A stretch of DNA of 64,000 bases from assembly GCF_006345805.1 (NCBI RefSeq), contig NC_043015.1:46562001-46626000 (forward strand). The letters are read 5' to 3'. Origin of the DNA: Octopus sinensis (lineage: Eukaryota). Made by a program: the position numbers and the translations under genes. The notes under the pieces are model-generated. The model made no database searches, had not been told where the DNA came from, and saw only the letters and a list, made by a program, of their open reading frames with translations. Positions 13,432 to 26,845 of this stretch are shown here, piece after piece (within the stretch, counting starts at the first letter, position 1; each line of letters opens with the position of its first letter).

Positions 13432-14694
13432 CAGGGGTTGGACAAAATAATGGAAACACCTAGCATCATAGCACCATAATTTTGAAATATCTATAAAACC
13501 GTCAAAAGCTTGTTTAATTTTATGTTTTTTGATTTATTATTAGTGTTGCTTAATATGTTTTGCTAAAATCGCTGTTTCTTTTCAGATATCATCAGAAAAA
13601 GGTAATTAAAATTCATTAAAATGACAGATCTATTGGACTTTCAAGGAAACCAAATTGTTGGTGCTTGTATGGCAGGTGCTAGTGAAACAAAAACAGCCGA
13701 AATGTTTGATGTATCAAGAAGAACTGTCTTGAAAATAATGACAACCTTTGAGAAAGAAGGAAAAACCTCTTTGTCAAAACCAAACTCCAGAAGAAAACCA
13801 AGACTTTCGGATAAGGACTGTCGAACTCTTATGCGAATTGTTGGAAAGGATCACAAAAGTACAGCTCCCAAAATTACTGCAGAGCTTAATGATCACCTCG
13901 AGAACCCAGTTTCCACAAAAACTGTTCGCCAGGAGCTGCACAAAACCAGATTTCACAGGAGGGTTGCAATCAGAAAACCACTACTTTCAAAAACAAATGT
14001 TGCAAAGCATTTAGATCGAGTAAAAGCCTACAGAATTGGTCCCTAGAGCAGTGGAAGAATGTTATTTTCTTGGATGAGTCATCCTTTACCTTATTTCCGA
14101 CCACTGGCCAAGTATATGTGTGGAGACAGCCAAAAGAAGCAGTTGACCCAGACTTCCAATTGTTAAACATGGAGGAGGATCTGTGATGATCTGGGTGCGA
14201 TACCATGGAAATCTGCTGACCCAATGATTTCCTTTCATGGCAGAATTAATAGTCAAAACTATTTAAGCATTTTATCTGATCAAATTCATTCTATGGTTGT
14301 GGAACTGTTTCTGGAGGGAAACGCAATCTTTCAGGATAATAATACACCAATTCACACAGCTAAAGGTGTTACTGAATGGCACAAGGAACATTCTAGTGAA
14401 GCTGAACATCTTATCTGGCCACCACAGTCCCCAGATCTCAATATTATTGAAAATTATGGTACATTTTAGAAAAGCAAGTAAGGAGTCGATATCCTCCACC
14501 ATCATCACTACAAGAACTGGAGACTGTTTTAGGTGAAGAATGGACAAAAATTCCTTTGGAAACAATTCAAGCTTTGTACAAGTCCATACCTCATAGAATT
14601 CAAGCTGTAATTACTGCCAAAGGCAGTTCTACTCCATATTAAAATAAATTTATTTGAAATTTTAAAGTGTTTCCATTACTTTGTCCAACCCCTG
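13432..14694 (+). mobile_element. Tc1-like transposon, full length, transposase pseudogenised
   Basis: TIRs CAGGGGTTGGACAAAATAATGGAAACAC / GTGTTTCCATTACTTTGTCCAACCCCTG with TA TSD. ORF pieces at ~13621-14642 include the HTH region, IFLDESSF, FQDNNTPIH and WPPQSPDLNIIEN, with frameshifts. Inserted in the microsatellite of a SINE A copy. Confidence 0.95.
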
Positions 14695-17600
14695 TATATG
14701 TACACACACACACACAACAGGTTTCCATCTACCAAATTCACTCTCAAGGCATTGTTCGACTTGGCTATAGCAGAAGACACTTGCCCAAGTTGACACAGTA
14801 GGGCTGAACCTGAAACTACATGGTTGCAAAGTATGCTTCTTATCCACACAATTACACTGTAACATTTTTTTAAACCAGTCATAAGGAAATCATAGTTTTC
14901 ATAACCTAAGTAACACTTCTACTCACAACCACATGAACTGTAGCTGAAATAATTTACATGGAAAATGTACTGCCATTCAATGAATATGAGTTTATATTTC
15001 ATGCTTAGGATAGTGATCAACACTAAACAACAAATAAAAATTAATGGAATACTCATACCATTTAAATGATGGTTCTGGAGCAATGTTTAATAGGATATTT
15101 GTTACTAAATCTACAACTGATGGCTATTTATTGGAGCATGAACGTTTCTTACATGGTATGATAAGCTTTGTTAAATGTTCCTTCAGAAAGAAAAAGATGA
15201 CTATTACTAAACAATTCCTTGAAGTTTTCAAAAAAAGCACCAAGTTAACCCTTTAGTGTTCGCATTATTCTGCCAAAATTAATCCCTTTTTTATCCCCAT
15301 TGTTTTGAACTAATCATGCATTATCTTGTAGCTTTAAGATTTTGATGAGGTAGCTGTTAATTTTTAAAACAATATTGTAGGGTTGGTGTGAGAGACCAGA
15401 TCTGGTCAGTCTGAACATAAAGCAGGCAGAATACTTTTGGCCGGATATGGCCGGTTTAAATGCTAACTTGATGTTAAAATTATCAAACATTATATAAAAC
15501 CTGCAATACAACCTGAAATGAATACCATTTCATATGATATTCACATGGATGCCATTTCATATAATGAGACAAATAGAAGGAAATAAAGGTTTTGTTACAA
15601 CCAGACATCACTGAGAAAGTCGATGGCTGTAAAATGTGAGTTTCACCATTGAAAACTGCATTGTGCAGCACTGCCAAACTAAAATGGCAAAGTTCATATG
15701 TGTGTGGACCTATATTGACCAAATACAGAGATCCAATACCTACTGTTGAAAAGGAACTAAAACACTGAATGGATTATGCTTCTTTTCAAAACTAAGTATT
15801 AATATGGAATATCACCAAGTGATATTAGATCTATGATCATGTCATATAATAATATTTGCTTCTTGCAGCTGGTGGATTTTGTTATTTTGTAATCTCTTCA
15901 AGTATCTCAAGTAATCATGAAGTTTTTTGATGGGTTTTTTTTTACACATGACCCTAACATAAGTAATATTAAAGATTATATTCTTGTCTATGGTAAGTAA
16001 AAAAAAAAAAAGTAAAGACATAATGTTAAACTGACACTTAACAATATTATATAACAATGGTTTCACATTATACCACAAAAGGCAGCATATCTTGGCTTCT
16101 TTGTTTCAAATTAAGAAGTTAATCCAGAGAATAAGATTACCATTGTGAAAGACCCCAAACATTACAAAAAAACCCACCAAATTCATAAGCTTTTAGGGAA
16201 AACTCAACTTTCTTAGTTATTTCATACTACATTTATCTATTTAGATAAATAATACAGAAAGTGACAAAGTGAAAGGAAGAGTAATAAAAAAAAGTATAGA
16301 ATATCAAGAATTAAAACAATGCATAATTTCACACAATTTGACACTAAACAGAAAATTTCTATGTTGATACACATCCTGTTGAAACAGAAGCCATACAGAC
16401 ATATGACTCCAAATGTGAAAGCCACATTATTTCCTAAGCATCTAAAATTCTAATGAAAATTAAATGATGGAATTAGCAAACTGAAAAGAATGACTTTGCT
16501 ATCTTTATCTTTTAACTTTTATTTGTTTCAATCACTGGACTCTTGAAGGTGCTGCCTCAAGCTGGGGCGTGGGGACAAACACAGACACAAAGACACACAC
16601 ACACATTTATCATATATATATATATATATAACCTCTGCCAAGCCATATTGAGCTTGTGTGGCAGAGTAGGCTCATCAAAATGATCTCAAGTACAAATTCA
16701 CAGCTTCCACATCAGACTGCAGCTGGTGGAGAGAACATGCTAAAGCCTTCATCCTGCAGTGGACTGAACATAGGCAATCCAATCAAATCCAATCCAATTG
16801 CTGAGTGAGGATGCTGAAATCTCCAGTTCAAAAATACAAGGATACAGATATTGTATAACCAATTGGAGACAGTGTTTCCTGAGGTTAAACAACAGTAACA
16901 TTCATCTCAACCAGGACTGCCACATTATGTTGGCAGATAGTCTTTACTTTATATATATATTTCTTTATGACCCACAAGGGGCTAAATATAGAGGGGACAA
17001 ACAAGGACAGACAAATGGATTAAGTCGATTACATCGACACCAGTGCGAAACTGGTACTTTATTTATCGACCCCGAAAGGATGAAAGGCAAAGTCTACCTC
17101 GGCGGAATTTGAAATCAGAACGTAACGTCAGACGAAATACCGCAAAGCATTTCGCCCGGGGCGCTAACGTTTCTGCCATACACACACACACACACACATA
17201 TCTATATATATATATGTATATACACACACATGTACATATGTAGTTGACAGGTTTCCACACAATTTCCATGTACCAAATTCACTCACAAGACATTGGTTGA
17301 CCCCGGGCTATAGCAGAAGACACTTACCCAAGGTGCCATGCAAAGGGACTGAGCCTAAAGCCAAATGTTTGCAATGCAAGCATCTTAACCGCACAGCCAT
17401 GCCAGCACCTATATGGTAAGGGCATGGGAAAAATTCCATGCAAATCTATGTGGAAGATCATTCAACATCTTCACTAACCATCAGTCACTCAATCTTCTGA
17501 AAATTGTTGGCCTTGTACCTAAGTTAGCTATCATTATTTAGTGCAAAACAAAAGCCTTCCCTAAGACTCTTCACTGGGAACTTAAATTGATGCTCTATAA

Positions 17601-20600
17601 TTTATACAAGGTAGCCCACAATTCATCAATCAAACGATATCAATAACAAAATATGTCGATGTGGATGACCATTATTGGTATCTCAATTTTTAATTGCAAA
17701 TGCAATTCCTAAAACTATGACTTTATTTAATTTGCTGAAACAAAGGAAAACTCAACAACTTGAGCAATATTAGAAGCATTGTGAACAGGTAAATGCAAAA
17801 ATTCAGTTGTTACAAAATATTTCCCTACAAAGTTAGTTTTTCCAGAGAATTTGGGAATTATTCTAGAAGGAATTTAAATCAGTATCCCTTTTGTATTAAG
17901 AACTAAAGTACTGAAGAATTAACTAGGAGTGTCATGTTGGAAACAAAATAGTTTTTAAGACGTAAAGTTCAGCAGACAAATATCATCAAAGTTTTGGAAT
18001 CAAAAATTAGGGATTGTCCGATATGTGACAGGCATGGCAGTGTAGTTGAGAAATTTGCTTCCCAAACACAGTTTTGATTTCAGTCCCACTGCATGACACC
18101 TCAACCAAGCAGGTTCAAGCCCCGAGCTGGTCAATGTGGATTTGATAGACAAAAACTGAAAGAAGCCCACCATATTTGTGTATGTGTGTGTATCCATCAT
18201 GTGATACTTGTAAATAGGTATCATACAAGCAATGTCTTTGATTTCCTATAATCTTGAAAATCATGTCTGACATGGGGAAATATTACCTTACTTGGAAACA
18301 GGTGAGGGTTGACAACAGGAAGGATATCTGGTCATAGGAAATCTGTTTCAACAAACTCCATCCAACTCAGGCAAGCATAGGAAAGTGGACATTAAAATGA
18401 TGATGATGACACTGATGTGTCACTTGAGAGCTATTTGACCCATTGGAACCTCTTTATAATGTTTACAAAACCAAACATAGGAGAAACTATATATAGACTT
18501 GGGCTGGTACCCAATAAGAAAGATCCTTTAACTATTGTAGATGCAACATCATATTGGCCACAAATCAACTGGAACTCATACTTTGATCAGCTGCATGGAA
18601 TTTCCTTTTACATCTTGAGAAATTCTAAAATGAATTGTTTCTGATGATAATCTACAATTTATAAGCTATAAGGTTAAAAAGTTTTTTTAGTACGATAGAG
18701 CATACAACATCAAAAAATTAGATCATACCACCGCCCTCAAGCAAATGTTCTAGGAGATGGAATCAATAGAACAACTGACAAAGTAATCATGTTTCAAATT
18801 CATGAAGGTTAACAGTAGATAGAAATTTGGAAGTTTTTATTGCTCTACAAGAATATTGCTCATTCGTCAATAAAGAAAGCACCTTCTTTTAAACTACCTC
18901 TTACTTAACATAGTTTTACATTAGGAAATTCCAGTGGCAGACATAAAAATAGTAGTAATAATAATGGTTTCAAATTTTGGTAGAAGGCCAGTAAATTGAA
19001 GGGAGGGTGTTAGCTGATTATACTGACCCCAGTGTTCAACTGGTACTTATTTCATCAACCCTGAAAGGATGAAAAGCAAAGTGGACCTTGGCAAAATTTG
19101 AACTCGGAATGTAAAGAGAGGTGAAATACCACTAACCATTTTGCCCAGTTTGCTAAAAATTCTGCCAGCTCACTGCTGCTGCAGTAACAACAGCAGTAGT
19201 AGTAGTAGTAGTAGTAGCAGTAATTAAAATAACAGAACAAAATCTAACATGAAGCACCATGCTGATAATCTAAGATACTGAAATCAGTGGTGATAGCATC
19301 TTGAAAAATGAACAACCAGGAAAGCACCAACCAATTTTTCATTTCTTCTAGTATCTGCCCTCATGTTTTCTATCCGGTAAAAGGCAATTTAAGAATAGAA
19401 AGATATAACTTTCACATGATAGTCTTACTACATTGCTGATGTACAGGTGTTATTTGACGCTTTAGCATTCAGATTATTCTGTCAAATGTAATGCTTATTT
19501 ATTCACACTGTTTTAAATTAATCATGCATTTATCTTCCGGCTTTGAGATTTTTATAAAGTAATAACTGCTAATTTTTGAGAATGATATTGTAGGATTGGT
19601 GTTATGGGCCAGATATGGCCAGTTTAAATTGCTAAAGGGTTAAAATGGTTACCAGTTTAATGAAAGGCGCTGAATGACACACCTATGTCTGAGGTGGGAC
19701 TATATTTATAGATTTCAATAAAAACATTTTAGATTTATAAATAAGTAACACTGAATGTAATAGACCAGTGTTAAATATCTCTCAAAGGACAATGACTGGT
19801 GTCAGTGATTCTCAATGCAAAAGAAGAGGAAATCACATACAAATACTTGAGAATATACGAATCTAGCTAGACCACCAAGAATCACCAAAAAGCAACATCT
19901 TTCAGCATAGACAGAAGCCAGACACTTTATCAGCAGATCAATTAGTTTTATGCTCAACATAAATGTTAAAGATGATTAGAAATAATCCTTTCTACTATAG
20001 GAAGAAGGCCTGAAATTTTGGGGAAGGGGTATAGTCAATTACATCAACCCTAGAGCTCAACTGATACTTATTTTATTGACCCCAACAGCATTTGAACTCA
20101 GAATGCAAAGACAGACGAAATACTGCTAAACATTTTGCCCAGTGTGCTAACAATTCTGCCAGCTTGCTGCCTTCAACAATTAGAAATAATAACAGGAGAA
20201 ATGCTATGAAGGTATTTATACACCATGAATCATCATCATCAGATACCATTTATCTGCTTTTCCATGCTTACATGGATCCGTTGGAATTGTGGAGGCAAGA
20301 TGCTCTTCCTGTCACTAACCTTCACCTGTTTCAAAGCAAAGTAATAGTTCCCCATAGCCAGGCCATATTTTTCATAGAAGAATGAAAGTGAACAACATTG
20401 CTTGCATGACAGCAATGTACATTTGCAACCATCATATGATGTTAAGACAAGAATACACACACACACATGAAGGGCTTCTTACAGTTTCCATTCACCAAAT
20501 TCACTCATAAGGCTTTGGTTGGGTTGGCACAGGGTTATCGTAGAAGACACAAGCCCAAGGTGTTACACAGTGAGAAAGGAAACTTCTCAAGTACAGTCAT

Positions 20601-21580
20601 GCCTATACCTATTTCTTTATTACCCACAAGGGGCTAAACACAGAGGGGACAAACAAGGACAGACAAACAGATTAAGTCGATTCCATCAACTCCAGTGCAT
20701 AACTGGTACTTAATTCATCGACCCCGAAAGGATGAAAGGCAAAGTCGACCTCGGCGGAAATTGAACTCACAATGTAACGTCAGACGAAATACCGCTAAGC
20801 ATTTCACCCGACGTGCTAACGTTTCTGCCAGGAATAAAATTGAAATACTGAAATATTCCTTTAGCAATATTTTCTGAAGTGAGGTTTTGGCACAGCAACA
20901 TATTAGATCTAGTATGTCAAAAACTGATCCATAACTAATAAACATTTCCAATTTAATTTTTTTGAAACAAAATTAAAAGAGAAAAACAAACACAGTCAAT
21001 ATTTCAAAAAGATGTAAATGAGTATACATAGACATGATTTGAAATTAGGAACTTGCACTTAATATCAGATATGTATTATGCAGCTGGAAAAAGTACTTTA
21101 AATGTATCAAATGTAAATGAAATTTACGAACTACTTAGATGGCACGCTAGATGCAGTTGGCCTGCTTTTTATATATATATAGATAAGTATATATATATAT
21201 ATATGTGATATATATATAGATAAGTATATATATATACGACAGACTTCTTTCAGTTTCCGTGTATCAAATCCACTCACAAAGCTTTAGTGAAGCCCGATGT
21301 TATAGTAGGTAAGACTTGTTCAAGTACCATGCAGTAGGACTGAACACAGAACCATGTAATTAAGAAGCAAAGACGTATGAGGAAACAAAGTCGAGGGCGT
21401 GATAGGACATAAAGTGGATGTACTGAATGTACAGTAACTTCAAGAAGGTGGTGAGAAGTCCAGGAAACTGTTACATATTTCAGTAACAAAGTGTTTATAC
21501 ATAGCAATATCTGTAATGAACATGGGTAAGGAAAGGATACTGAGATGAGAGCATTGATCAGCAAAGCAAGTTGAGTATAC

Positions 21581-21945
21581 TCTTTTACTTGACTGTGGCC
21601 ATGCTGGAGCACCGCCTCCATGACTTATTCTTTGTAAGCCTAGTACTTATTCTATCGGTCTCTTTTGCCAAACCGCTAAGTTACGGGGACGTAAACAAAC
21701 CAGCATCGGTTGTCAAGCGATGTTGGGGGGGGACAAACACTGACACACAGACATATACACACACATATATATACATATATACGACGGGCTTCTTCAGTTT
21801 CCGTCTACCAAATCCACTCACAAGGCTTTGGTCAGCCTGAGGCTATAGTAGAAGACACTTGCCCAAGGTGCCACGCAGTGGGACTGAACCCGGAACCAAG
21901 TGGTTGGTAAACAAGCTACTTACCACACAGCCACTCCTACGCCTA
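21581..21945 (-). mobile_element. SINE family A copy
   Basis: Reverse complement match to 9801-10198. Confidence 0.85.
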
Positions 21946-23514
21946 TCCAAGTTACATGAAAGGTAAAACAATGGATATTAAAAAGCAACTGATGACCGCA
22001 GGTCCTTATATATGAATGAACTGGGAGAAAAACCAGCATGGACTGACATGAGATAAAGGGTGAAGATTAGATCCCTTCAGGTAGATGATACAGAATGGAA
22101 AGGAAAGGTGAATATACCATATTTTTAGACACATCTAAAATAATAATATTAATTCTTTCTACTACAGGAACAAGACCTGACTGAAATTTTGTAGGGAGAG
22201 AGTCGATTACATCGACCCAGTAGTTAACTGGTACTTATTTTATCGACCACGGAAAGGATGAAGAGTGATGTTGACCTGGAAGGAATTAGAACTCAGAACG
22301 TAACGATTCTGCCTGTTCGCTGCCATCATCAACATAATAATAATAATAATAATAATAATAGTAATAATAATAATAATAATAATAATAGTAATAATAATAA
22401 TAATAATTTCTGAGAGAACCAACAAAAGAACCTCTATGCTGATATTGGATCGTTTTTTTTTATTTTTATCCTTTTATCTTTTACTGATTTCGTTCATTAG
22501 ACTGTGGCCATGCTGGGGCACCGCCTTGAAGAATTTTAGTGAAATGAATCAACTCCCAGCAGTAATTGTTTTTAAAGAAGAAGAAGAAGAAGAAGAAGTT
22601 TTAACACTATGATGAGGGTTGAAAAACTCATGATTATGGGAATCTCAATTATTCGGCATTGGTTACAGAATAATGCTCGAGAACTGAATCACAATGAATT
22701 TAAAATACTCATAAACTACTACCTAAAACTCAATTTGCGCACAACATCCCATAATTTAATAATAAGGATGATGTAAACTCTAAATATCGACTACGAAGGT
22801 AAGAGTAATAGCAAAACAAAACAAAAATAAATAAAGTATAAAGATTGTTATTATGGCGCTCTCGCATAAATTCTAATAATCCAGCTTTATAAACATTAAG
22901 CTTCCATGTGGATTGCAATAGGAAAAACAAAGACAAACCATACTAAAAATAGATGGAGATGATGCGAAGACCTAAAGATCGTCTACACGTACAGAGAAAA
23001 AAAGAAATATTGTATTTCCATAAGCGAGTTGGTCTGAAGCGTTAGTCGCAAAATAATCAATATTTTTATATGAAATTATTATTTCGTAAACAAACGAGGC
23101 GAGTTTAGATATTTTATCATTTATCATTTCCCGATCAAATACTGAAGATTAGTTTATTTTTGTAAATACAAAAAAAAAAAAAAAAAAAAAAAAGATAGCA
23201 GATAGTCACATTTTATCATTATAATTGACTGCAGGTTTCAGCCAAAATTCCACACTTCATGTTTATTTTTACCCCATTTTTAACACAGATGGATATGTGT
23301 GTCTGTGCGTGTGTTTTGATGAAAGAAAAAAGGTGGGGAGATAATTGCGACAGTACAACAAAACGAAAATTACACGAGATGAGATTTATCTTGGTAGTTG
23401 GCGGAGTTTTAGGTGTAGAAGAGAAGGAGAAAATAGTCAAATGTCAGAGTAAAACAATTGATAGGAAGCGAAGAACACAAAATCCTCGTTTCGAAGATCA
23501 TTAAAATAATCAAT

Positions 23515-23582
<68 letters not shown>

Positions 23583-25991
23583 CGAACACGCTATCTTTAA
23601 GAGAGCATGTTTTACACTGTATTGATATTATTGTATCATGTATCCCTATAGTGTATATGCGTAGGTATACATATGACATGCATGTGGGGAAAAGGCTAGC
23701 AAGACATGCAACATGGATGAAGCTAACATCAATAATATATAAATAAATAAAAAGAAATAGAGCAATAAGATGAAATGCAATTATGTTAAAAGAACAGGTA
23801 TTTTTAAAGCAAAGAAAAATCAGTAACTAAAATACTGCCAATAAATTTGTGTGTATATACATATATATATTATACTTGGAATAGGTCATATGTCGCCAAT
23901 TAAACACGCATAGTACGTGTGTTTAATTGGCAAAGTATGACCATCTCCAAGCCTAACAATATCTGGTTCAACACACTATTTCACATCAAGAATCTTACAA
24001 AACACAACAGCATCATAAACACGGTTATCTTATTTAGGTTTATGGGTAGTGAAAAGCAGAGCGCATCTCATTCACAGTATTGTCACCCTCATCAGATAAT
24101 GATGAAAGTGACACCCGAGTCTCTGAAATTTCCAAGTGCAAATCCAGAAAACAGTGAAAACAAGCCTGGGGAAGCATTCGGACTGAGGTTTCAATTCCTG
24201 GTTGAGGATCCAGGGTCTAATCCCATCAAAGTTTCTAAATTTCATTAGAACCTTGCACCCATAACTTTTGTCACGTTCTCCAGAAAAATTCTTTTAAATC
24301 ATTGTAAAAAAGAAAAAAACAGTATGTACAAAGCTAACACTAATTATTGAATATATATATTTCTTTCATTATCTTTATCGCAGACTTAATCTCTCCCTTT
24401 TCAACAAACTCAAAGGTAATCCATCCTGTACACAGTCATTTCGCATGCTAGAAATAGCAGGAATCACGTGGGTATGTTCTAAGGAACTGAAGGATATCAA
24501 AAACAGCCATGCCACACAATTCATCTCTATTTTCTTTTTAAATTTTGCTAGTATGTTTTATATGTACATGTTACAGTCTTAGAACTGTGGGTATGCAGGG
24601 CACCGCCTTTTAGTCGAACAAATCAACCCCAGGATTTAGGTTTTTAAATCCTGGCACTTATTCTATCATTCACTTTTGCCAAACCGATAAAGTATGGGAA
24701 CATAAACAAACCAACACTAGTTGCTAAGCGGCAGTGGCAGACAAACACATACACACAGATATATATACGACAGACTTCTTTCAGTTTCCGTGTATCAAAT
24801 CCACTCACAAAGCTTTAGTGAAGCCCGATGTTATAGTAGGTGACACTTGTTCAAGTACCATGCAGTAGGACTGAACCCAGAACCATGTAGTTAAGAAGCA
24901 AAGACGTATGAGGAAACAAAGTCGAGGGCGTGAAATATCCGCCCTTCCCCCAATTTTTCAACAATAAATTACCATATAGTCGTAATCTAAACTACCTGAA
25001 ATGTATTTGCAGAAAATTTCATCAAGAAATACCTATTTCTCTGAAAGTCACGAGGAAAAAAAAATAGGGTCCAGAACTCTTCTCCCCACCCCCACTCGGG
25101 AATTTTTTAATTTTTTTTTTTTTACCAACAAATTCCTATATACACATCTGAAAGCAATTTGTTGAAAATTTAGTTAAAATGTTGAAAATGACATTTAAAA
25201 AATACCCCTTTTTCTGAAAGTTATGAGGGGGAAAAAATCAGTGAGGGGACATTTGTGGGTAAGGTAATGCTTCTTGTGTGTGTTAAAGGGAAAACTAGGG
25301 TCTCCTTTATCTACAAAATGTATAAATACAATTAGTAATCGATAGTTTTTTGGGTTTTTTTCTTTTTTTGTAGGGTTGAGGCCTTAAGAATTCCCTCTGA
25401 TTTAACTTATGTTAACGTATTTCAGAAATAAAACTTCCATATCCCCGAATAATCAAGATATAATAATTTTCGATCTCAACTCAGGGCAGCAGGCAAATAA
25501 ATAGAGAGGAGGGGAAAACGAAATCATGTTACATCCATGCTTTTTTATTATTTCGTTTCTGCACCTTGTTTTACACAATTTGTATTTGTTTCAACGTGAT
25601 TATGTTCTTTTTAAATAATTCTTCCACGATCTCGTTGTTATCTTGTTACTAAATCGCTTATATTTTTTCTTTTCCGGTGAATTAAACTGTAATAATAATA
25701 ATAATAATAAATAATAATAAAATGCTTTATTAATAATGAGAGGCCTCAACGTGAAAAAAAGGTGCGACAATTTATCTCGTAAATGATATAAGCAAAACAG
25801 CTCTGGAAAAATGCTCGTGTTATTAAATTATACATGTTTGGTTCTTGTAGGTTTATGTATATGTGGTATGTTGTGTTTGATGAGAAAGAAACGGGGAGAA
25901 AATTGCATTTCCATCCCCGATGTCGAGTGCGATTCAATGAATAAAATGGAACAACGCGTATTGTGTTTACTTGCAACACGAGCCAATGACC

Positions 25992-26520
25992 GAAGACTTG
26001 AAACAAGCAGAATACTAATAATGACAAGGCAATCAGGTCCAATCGAACGTTGTGTTTTCAGTATATGAGGAAATCCTTTAATGATTATAGATTTAGGGGT
26101 TTTCGTGAAGAGCAATTTCCCTCGCAAAAACATAAAAATAAGAAGTAAAAGGTGAGAGAGAGACACAGAGAGAGAAGACTTGAAACAAGGCAACCAGGTC
26201 CAATCGAACGTTGTAGTTTAGTATATTAGGACCATTTTTAATAATCATGGATTTAGGGGTTTTCCTGGAGATCAATTTCCCTCGCAAAAACATAAAAACA
26301 AGAAGTAAAAGGTAAGAGAGAGACAGAGAAAGAGAAGATTTGAAACAAACAGAATACTAATGACAAGGCAATCAGGTTCAATAGAACGTTGTATTTTAAG
26401 TATATTAGAAAATCCTTTGATTATTAAAGATTTAGGGGTTTTCATGAAGATCAATTTCCCTCGCAAAAACATTAAAAAGAAGAGGAAAAAGGTAAGAGAG
26501 ACAGAGAAAGAGAAGACATG
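25992..26520. repeat. Tandem repeat, 3 x ~160-185 bp, at the start of ZC3H13 intron 1
   Basis: Units start GAAGA(C/T)TTGAAACAA at ~25992, 26174 and 26334; each contains GATTTAGGGGTTTTC and CAATTTCCCTCGCAAAAACAT. Confidence 0.9.
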
Positions 26521-26588
26521 GAAGAGAATGGATACAGAGACACACACACAGAGACGGAGTGGAGATAAGGGGGTAAATAGCACCTTAC

Positions 26589-26723
26589 CTCAGGTTCATA
26601 CTCATATTTTCTTTGACCGCCTCCAGGTCCTAGTCTCTCGAAAACACTTGGTTTTCTCTTCTCGCTCTCATCAGACACCGATTTAGCTGTATCAACAGTA
26701 ACCTTGCGTCTTGATTTGCTCAT
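26589..26723 (-). CDS. ZC3H13: Zinc finger CCCH domain-containing protein 13 (m6A writer complex subunit), first coding exon
   Basis: Translates MSKSRRKVTVDTAKSVSDESEKRKPSVFERLGPGGGQRKYEYEPE, closely matching my recollection of the vertebrate ZC3H13 N-terminus (MSKIRRKVTVENTK...RRPSVFERLGP). The exon is 135 nt and ends at a phase-0 donor GAG|GTAAGG. No downstream CCCH exon was recognised in 1-26588. Confidence 0.9.
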
Positions 26724-26779
26724 CTTCGTGCGTAATTCGCGACTATTTTAGAAGCAGTCCTCACGGACGCTGCTTGTGC

Positions 26780-26845
26780 TGGCAGCCATATTGAGTCGCA
26801 TGCGCAGTGACAACACAGTGTGTTACCGGTTCACTTCCGGTTGGA
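26780..26845 (-). promoter_or_regulatory. Housekeeping-type promoter of ZC3H13 with YY1-, NRF1- and ETS-like motifs
   Basis: CpG-rich patch 60-120 nt upstream of the ATG. It contains AATATGGCTG (YY1-like, minus strand, ~26783-26792), TCGCATGCGCA (NRF1-like, 26796-26806) and CACTTCCGG (ETS/GABP-like, 26832-26840). Confidence 0.7.

Noticed and set aside
15059-15116. Minus-strand AG...GT interval as possible ZC3H13 exon 2 (also ~18581-18623)
   Set aside because: Phase-0 translations show no CCCH or ZC3H13 similarity, or hit a stop codon.
22609-22687. ATGATGA...CTGA resembling C/D box snoRNA
   Set aside because: Antisense to the presumed host gene, with no terminal stem or recognisable rRNA guide.
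24021-24100. Minus-strand CTGATGA followed by a GGGT/ACCC stem, hammerhead-like
   Set aside because: ATAAA replaces GAAA, and there is no stem III or UH site.
23919-24248. 109-aa + strand ORF
   Set aside because: No recognisable domain, non-ATG start, antisense within the ZC3H13 intron.
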